Shown one piece after another: positions 58,932 to 64,000 of a DNA stretch of 64,000 nt. The notes under the pieces are model-generated. The model was given only the letters and a program-made list of their open reading frames with translations. It did not search any database and had not been told where the DNA came from. Both the position numbers and the translations under genes were made by a program. This DNA comes from Bacillota bacterium. GTDB lineage: Bacteria; Bacillota; Proteinivoracia; UBA4975. Every line of letters begins with the position of its first letter. Within the stretch, counting starts at the first letter, position 1. The DNA lies in NCBI GenBank assembly GCA_050949165.1, contig JBMNFF010000010.1:150251-214250 (forward strand), written 5' to 3'.

Positions 58932-59657
58932 ATGCTCATTACCCTGCTGAAGCACGAGTTTAAGAACCTGCTCAGGGAAAGAATGACCCTGCTGATGTTG
59001 CTCTACCCCCTGGCTATCGGCATCGTCGGCAGAATTCTGCTGGACCGCGGAGTCATCGGCGGTGAGGGTGTGGGCATTGCCGCCATGCTCTTTGCCCTCT
59101 TCGGCGGCTTTGCCTATGGGGCTATGGCAGGATTCTCCCTACTGGATGACCGGGACGACCAGGTCCTGGACTCCATCCAGATCTCACCCATCTCTGTGCA
59201 CTGGTATATCTGGTTCAAAATCTGCTTTGCCTTTGTCCTGGCCGTGCTCGCCGGTTTTTTCATCATCTGGTTCAGCGGCGCCCTGGAAATTGGCAGCGGC
59301 GATATCCTGCTCCTGGCTACCCTCTCCGCCCTCCAGGTTCCCATCATCGCCTTCTTCATCAATGCCTTTGCCAAGAACAAGGTGGAGGGCTTTGTCACCA
59401 TGAAGGGTACGGGCTTCAGCCTTATCTTCCCGGTGGCCGCTTACTTCTTCCTGGACTGGAAGGAATGGCTCTTCTCCTTTGCCCCTGCCCACTGGCTGGC
59501 CAAGGCAGTGCAATACCTGTTCCTGCGGCCGGGCATCGAAGCGGGTATTGTCGAAATGAACCTCAATTTCTACCAGTACCTGGGCATCGGCTTTGCCTAC
59601 AACCTGCTCTTGACGGCCGGCGCCTTTATCCTGTTTAAGAAAAGGAATCTCCTGTAA
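58932..59657 (+). CDS. ABC-2 permease
   Basis: 6 TM helices; LDDRDD, AKNKVEG. Confidence 0.88.
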   Translation: MLITLLKHEFKNLLRERMTLLMLLYPLAIGIVGRILLDRGVIGGEGVGIAAMLFALFGGFAYGAMAGFSLLDDRDDQVLDSIQISPISVHWYIWFKICFAFVLAVLAGFFIIWFSGALEIGSGDILLLATLSALQVPIIAFFINAFAKNKVEGFVTMKGTGFSLIFPVAAYFFLDWKEWLFSFAPAHWLAKAVQYLFLRPGIEAGIVEMNLNFYQYLGIGFAYNLLLTAGAFILFKKRNLL

Positions 59658-59873
59658 AAACAAAAGCACAGAATTGGGCCCTTCAACAGGCCCAATTTCT
59701 ATGCTTCAGATTGCTGACAAACCCTGCGGATATTTTGCCGCCGCAGAAAGCTTTCCCATTGTTTGATGAGTTGCTTCCCCTGCTAGAGTTTTAGGGTGAA
59801 TTTCACCAAACTTTGGTTTACTGGAGTTGATTTCAGTTGTCATTTATGGTAAAGTATGGCCGAGGTGAGAAAG

Positions 59874-60623
59874 ATGGGTCAAACAGACCTTATTACCGCT
59901 CAGGCTCTGGCCGATGCCCTGAACCTCTCGGTGGAGACCATCTGGCGCTATACCAGGAATAATAAAATTCCCTATGTCACCCTGGGGGAAAGGCAATACC
60001 GCTATAACCTCCAAGCAGTTGTCGCCGCCCTGACCGGCGCCAGAGTCCGGGAAAAGGCACCGGAGTACATTTCTGGTCCCAGTAAGTTTACGTACCAAGA
60101 CTACCTGGAGCTGCCCGAAGATCCGGGCTACCGCTACGAGGTTCTGGCTGGGGAACTGATCAGAGAGCCGAGTCCAATTGTAGTGCACCAAAAGGTATCC
60201 CGAGAACTGGAATTTCTCCTCCTGGTGTACTTCCGCAAGACAGATCCCTTGGGGGAAATCTTTGATGCGCCGTTGGATGTAACCTTGGGGGACTTCACCG
60301 TTGTCCAGCCGGACATCCTTTTCATCCCAGGAGAGCAGAAGGATATCATCAAGGAGACCCGTATCGACGGCGCCCCCCTGCTGGTGGTAGAAATTCTTTC
60401 CGAAACCAGTCGCCGCAAGGACCGGCTCCACAAGCGCCGGATCTATCAAGAGGCGGGGATTCAGCACTATTGGCTGGTGGATCCCTATGAAAAGACCTTC
60501 GAATGCCTTGCCCTCCGGGATGGGGAATATATCTTGGCCTCTGCAGGCATGGACGACGATACCGTCACTCACCCGGATTTCCCCGGCCTCAGCATCCCTC
60601 TGGCGGGGCTCTGGCAAGACTAA
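59874..60623 (+). CDS. Excisionase-like HTH (HTH_17) fused to a Uma2 endonuclease
   Basis: ITAQALADAL.LS.ETIWRY....KIP; RYEVLAGE, QPDILF, LVVEILSETS...DR..K..Y...HYWLVDP. Confidence 0.88.
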   Translation: MGQTDLITAQALADALNLSVETIWRYTRNNKIPYVTLGERQYRYNLQAVVAALTGARVREKAPEYISGPSKFTYQDYLELPEDPGYRYEVLAGELIREPSPIVVHQKVSRELEFLLLVYFRKTDPLGEIFDAPLDVTLGDFTVVQPDILFIPGEQKDIIKETRIDGAPLLVVEILSETSRRKDRLHKRRIYQEAGIQHYWLVDPYEKTFECLALRDGEYILASAGMDDDTVTHPDFPGLSIPLAGLWQD

Positions 60624-60636
60624 CCGGCTAATTGAC

Positions 60637-62503
60637 AAGGGGCTGTCGCAAAACGTTTAATTAATAACGTTGGGCGATAGCCCTTTTTTCTTGGTTCTAG
60701 CTGAAAAATGGCCTCTTTCTAGGGCATTTTCCGTGGTTTCGGCCCATTTTTGGGTATGACAAAATAGGGGAAGGGGGCTTCCCCTATGGATAACCTGTTA
60801 TTTAGGCTTAAGCCACCTTAGGATTATGTAAATATGCTCCACAGCGTCCAGATCGGATTTTGTTGTGGAGTTTATTTATGTTGAATGCCATAGCCAACAG
60901 CAGGAATTCTGTCTGTACTTTTACCTGGCCACGTAAGAGGAAACGCCGAAATCCCATGTCTTGTTTCAGCACACCGAAGGCGCCCTCAACCTGAATGGAG
61001 CGGTTCATGCGTAACAGAACACCTTTCTCACTGTTAATGCGTGCCTCCATCTCAGCGCGCTGCCTTTGAAAAGACTTAGAAACGTGGAGATTCTTGCTCC
61101 GCTTTTCGAGGGGTATTTTACTCGAGCCTTTTATGCATTTGGCCTTATGAGGACAACCGGCACAGCGAGCGCAGGAATACACGGTTGTTACTGTGGGATA
61201 TCCAGACTTGGTTTTGGCTTTCTTCTCATACGCTGCCTGGATTTTATTGCCTGCGTAGCAAATGTAAGCATCGCTTTCTGCATCATAGAGCATATTTTCT
61301 CGTTTGCCAATGTCGCTTCTGTATTTTCTTGTCTTGGCCCGGTCATGGTTTGCAGGTTTAATAAAAGCGATCTGGCCGTTTTCCTCGCACCAGGTATAAT
61401 TCTCTTCGCTTTCGAAGCCAGCGTCAGCTACCGGCTCTGTGTAGCCCAGAGGAAGCAGCTTTTCCATTATGGGAATAAATGTGGCCATGTCGCTGCGTTC
61501 TTGTGAAATCATCGCAGCTACTATGTATTCTGCATCAACTGCTATAGTAGCATTGTAGGCCGGTTTCAACTGACCGTTTCGCATGTGGTCTTCTTTTAAA
61601 CGCATGAAGGTTGCGTCTTTATCTGTCTTGGAAAAGCTGTTTCTGTCGCCAAAGATGTGGTTATGGCCATCATACCGTCTCTGGCGGGCCAGGTACCCTT
61701 CCACGGTTTCCACAGCTCTTTGTAAGGGAGTTTTCCGCTTCCCTTTGCCCTTGACGAATTTTGTGTCCCCTTTGAGAGCATATAGCCGTTTTCGGAGCTT
61801 CTTTAAATCCTTAGCCCGAATTTTTTCCCCTACACGAAAGCGTAGGCCAAACTCGGCTGCAATTTTTGGCAGTTCGACCCTCATCTTCGCCTGCATCTTG
61901 GCTTCATTCTTTTGAGTAGACTTCTTCCACACAAAACTGTACCGATTGGCGTTAGCCTCGAATTTCGTGGCATCTATAAATGCGTTGCGCAGTGACAGCT
62001 CCCCTGCTTCTGCCAAGTAATATACCAGCTGAGAAAACAGGTCATCCATAACGCCAGGCAGTCGCTCACTTCGGAAGCGGGCGATGGTAGAATGATCGGG
62101 TGCTGAAGAACGTCCCAGCAGATACATGAAGTTTACGTCGCGCTTACAAGCTTGCTCTAGAGCTCGGGAGGAATAGATGCCATTCATGTATCCATACACC
62201 AGAACCTTGAACAGACTTTTGGGAGGCGTCTCGATTCTCCCTAAACGGGAGTACGCAGCGTGCAGCTTTCTATAATCCATCCTTTCAAGCACGGCGTTGA
62301 GTAGTCTCACCGAATCGTCTTCCGGGATTAATTCGCCAATGTCCATGGGTAGGACCAGTTGATATGCACCCCCGGTTGGTGTATAATCTGGTCGTAAAAT
62401 ATTGTTTTGCATAACTATATTTTACAGCAAAAGACGGCTTCTGGGTACTACCAGTCGCCGTCTTTTGTGTGTTTTTCAAGGGCTGTTAGTGCAACAGCCC
62501 CTT
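60637..62503 (-). mobile_element. IS1182-family insertion sequence
   Basis: Terminal IRs aaggggctgtcgca / tgcaacagcccctt; lower GC than the flanks; intact transposase. Confidence 0.9.
60808..62412 (-). CDS. IS1182 family DDE transposase
   Basis: SSR.LE...D.NF..L, PDHSTIARFR, IDATK.EANAN, SKTD.DATFMR, ADAGF, RS..VEGAFG..K. Confidence 0.96.
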   Translation of the reverse strand: MQNNILRPDYTPTGGAYQLVLPMDIGELIPEDDSVRLLNAVLERMDYRKLHAAYSRLGRIETPPKSLFKVLVYGYMNGIYSSRALEQACKRDVNFMYLLGRSSAPDHSTIARFRSERLPGVMDDLFSQLVYYLAEAGELSLRNAFIDATKFEANANRYSFVWKKSTQKNEAKMQAKMRVELPKIAAEFGLRFRVGEKIRAKDLKKLRKRLYALKGDTKFVKGKGKRKTPLQRAVETVEGYLARQRRYDGHNHIFGDRNSFSKTDKDATFMRLKEDHMRNGQLKPAYNATIAVDAEYIVAAMISQERSDMATFIPIMEKLLPLGYTEPVADAGFESEENYTWCEENGQIAFIKPANHDRAKTRKYRSDIGKRENMLYDAESDAYICYAGNKIQAAYEKKAKTKSGYPTVTTVYSCARCAGCPHKAKCIKGSSKIPLEKRSKNLHVSKSFQRQRAEMEARINSEKGVLLRMNRSIQVEGAFGVLKQDMGFRRFLLRGQVKVQTEFLLLAMAFNINKLHNKIRSGRCGAYLHNPKVA

Positions 62504-62521
62504 CTTTTTTTTGTATTTTTC

Positions 62522-63058
62522 TTAAAGAATATATTCCAATTGCAGGTCCCGGGGTTCCAGGGCGAAGATCTCGGGGATAACCTCCGCAGCCGGGCTACAG
62601 CCTAAGGCGGCGTAAAATTCCTGGGTTTCCACGGCGGGATGAGCCCCGATATACAGCTTTTCTGCTCCCCGTTGTCGGGCCCCCTCACAGCAGAGCCGGA
62701 ATAACTGCTTGCCCAGGCCCTGGCCCCGGTATTCCTGGGACACGTGGATGTAGCGCAGCTCCAGGTATTGTCTGCGGCTGCCCAGGGGAGTATTTTCCAC
62801 ATTGGCGAAGCCCACCAGGGCGCCGTCGGCAATGGCGCCGGCCACAAAGCCTCCTTGCTCCAGGCATTGGCGCAGGTTCTGGACGGCCCGAAGCTTTTGG
62901 GCCTCTGTCCACTCATCGACAAAGCAATCGTCCTTAATCCTGTACTCTCCCTGCTCCAAATACTTGACCTGGCGGGTTACTTGGTGGCGCTGGAAATCCT
63001 TGAGGGCATCGGGGGGCAAATCCGCTAGGGTCAGGGGCCGGACCGCGACCTCCATCAT
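62522..63058 (-). CDS. GNAT acetyltransferase
   Basis: IHVSQEYRGQGLGKQLF, TQEFY.ALG. Confidence 0.9.
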   Translation of the reverse strand: MMEVAVRPLTLADLPPDALKDFQRHQVTRQVKYLEQGEYRIKDDCFVDEWTEAQKLRAVQNLRQCLEQGGFVAGAIADGALVGFANVENTPLGSRRQYLELRYIHVSQEYRGQGLGKQLFRLCCEGARQRGAEKLYIGAHPAVETQEFYAALGCSPAAEVIPEIFALEPRDLQLEYIL

Positions 63059-64000
63059 ACCCGCCTCCCAATCCGGCCGAAGAAATCCAGGATGCGGTTG
63101 TCCCGGCGCAACTCCACAGCCTTATGTTCGCAGAGCTCATGACAACACATGCACTCGATGCAAAGGGAATAGTCGATGACCTTGGTCCCCCGCTCGATGG
63201 CTTGCACCGGACAACTTTCCACACACATATTACAGTGCTTGCACGCCTTCAGATTGACCCGAGGCCGGGCCTTGAGGATGTCTATTACCTTGATGACCAC
63301 CTTATAGTTCCGGGGTTTAATATTCTTCAGGCGCTTGGGCAGCTTAAACCCCTTAAGCTTAGGCGGGGAGAAATAATCTCCGGCCAGTTCGATCTCCTTC
63401 AGGCTAGATTCCCCCAGTTCCCTGGTCCTGGCACTTTGGAGGATGGGAATGTCCTCGATTCCCAGGCCCAGCATGGCCACGGCCACGGTGTCCAGGGCCA
63501 GGGGATCGGTGCTCATCAGGATCTTGCCGGCGGGATAGACAGACCCGGCCGTGGGCCCCTCCCCCTGCATGGCAGTAACCCCGTCCATAATATGTAAGCC
63601 CACATTGACTGCCTGATGGATGTCGGTGAGGACCGCGCCCAGATCCCGGGGGTCCGGGGCCAGGCGGTGGTATTCGGCCTTGCGCAGGCCGGGGATACAG
63701 CCGTACAGGTTCTTGACGGCGCCGGTATAAATCCCTGCCGAATGGGTCTTAAACTTGGGCAGGTTGATGACGAAATCGGCATCGAACATGGGCTTGGCGA
63801 TGAACATCTTGCCGCCGATGCCACTCCCGGGGGTGACCTCAACCACCCCTTCCCGATCGAAGTTTTTTATCTCCGCCCCCTCTTCCCGGGCCACCTGCTC
63901 CAGTCCCGAAACCTTGAGGCTCCGGGCGGTGGGGGCAATTCCCGCAATGGCCCCGCCGGAACTGTCGCCGATCCAGACCGCGCAACCCAGGCCCTTGAGG
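63055..64000 (-). CDS. DUF362 Fe-S protein with a C-terminal 2x[4Fe-4S] domain (5' end beyond the window)
   Basis: INLPKFKTH, AVKNLYG, DPLALD, CKHCNMCVESCP, CIECMCCHELC. Confidence 0.92.
   Translation of the reverse strand, partial: LKGLGCAVWIGDSSGGAIAGIAPTARSLKVSGLEQVAREEGAEIKNFDREGVVEVTPGSGIGGKMFIAKPMFDADFVINLPKFKTHSAGIYTGAVKNLYGCIPGLRKAEYHRLAPDPRDLGAVLTDIHQAVNVGLHIMDGVTAMQGEGPTAGSVYPAGKILMSTDPLALDTVAVAMLGLGIEDIPILQSARTRELGESSLKEIELAGDYFSPPKLKGFKLPKRLKNIKPRNYKVVIKVIDILKARPRVNLKACKHCNMCVESCPVQAIERGTKVIDYSLCIECMCCHELCEHKAVELRRDNRILDFFGRIGRRV

Noticed and set aside
45640-60630. A single prophage, ICE or defence island
   Set aside because: No integrase, phage or conjugation genes and no att repeats; core-like genes (htpG, xth) are interspersed.

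Overview
This is a 64 kb chromosomal window from a GC-rich (roughly 55-60% by eye), probably spore-forming anaerobic Bacillota. That assignment is inferred from the T-box, the CIRCE element, spore-coat genes and sigma-H/F/G/E-like promoters. The left two-thirds is mostly housekeeping and sporulation genes: argS, lplA, thiolase plus CoA-transferase, metG with a Met T-box, rnhA, a MecA-type PBP, an M3 oligoendopeptidase, namA and an hsp20. The right third is more accessory: Mta, MarR-ABC, an ECF/anti-sigma pair, vapBC, an arsR operon, htpG with CIRCE, xth, two Uma2 fusion nucleases, a serpin relic, a TetR-ABC operon and an intact IS1182. I saw no rRNA, tRNA or CRISPR array. The most unusual items are: (1) a hybrid kinase-Hpt-response regulator operon whose output is a PilB/GspE-like module cut off just before the ATPase domain; (2) an atypical RecQ coupled to a tail-anchored coiled-coil protein; (3) a lone HEPN-motif protein and an unannotated small membrane protein, each behind a forespore-type promoter; (4) a protein with six 22-aa GRxGG repeats that may form a symmetric Tubby-like barrel; (5) repeated RBS-masking inverted repeats overlapping sporulation promoters; (6) a GGGGACGG REP-like family; (7) two neighbouring genes broken at homopolymers. 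All family calls come from motif recognition; no database searches were run.
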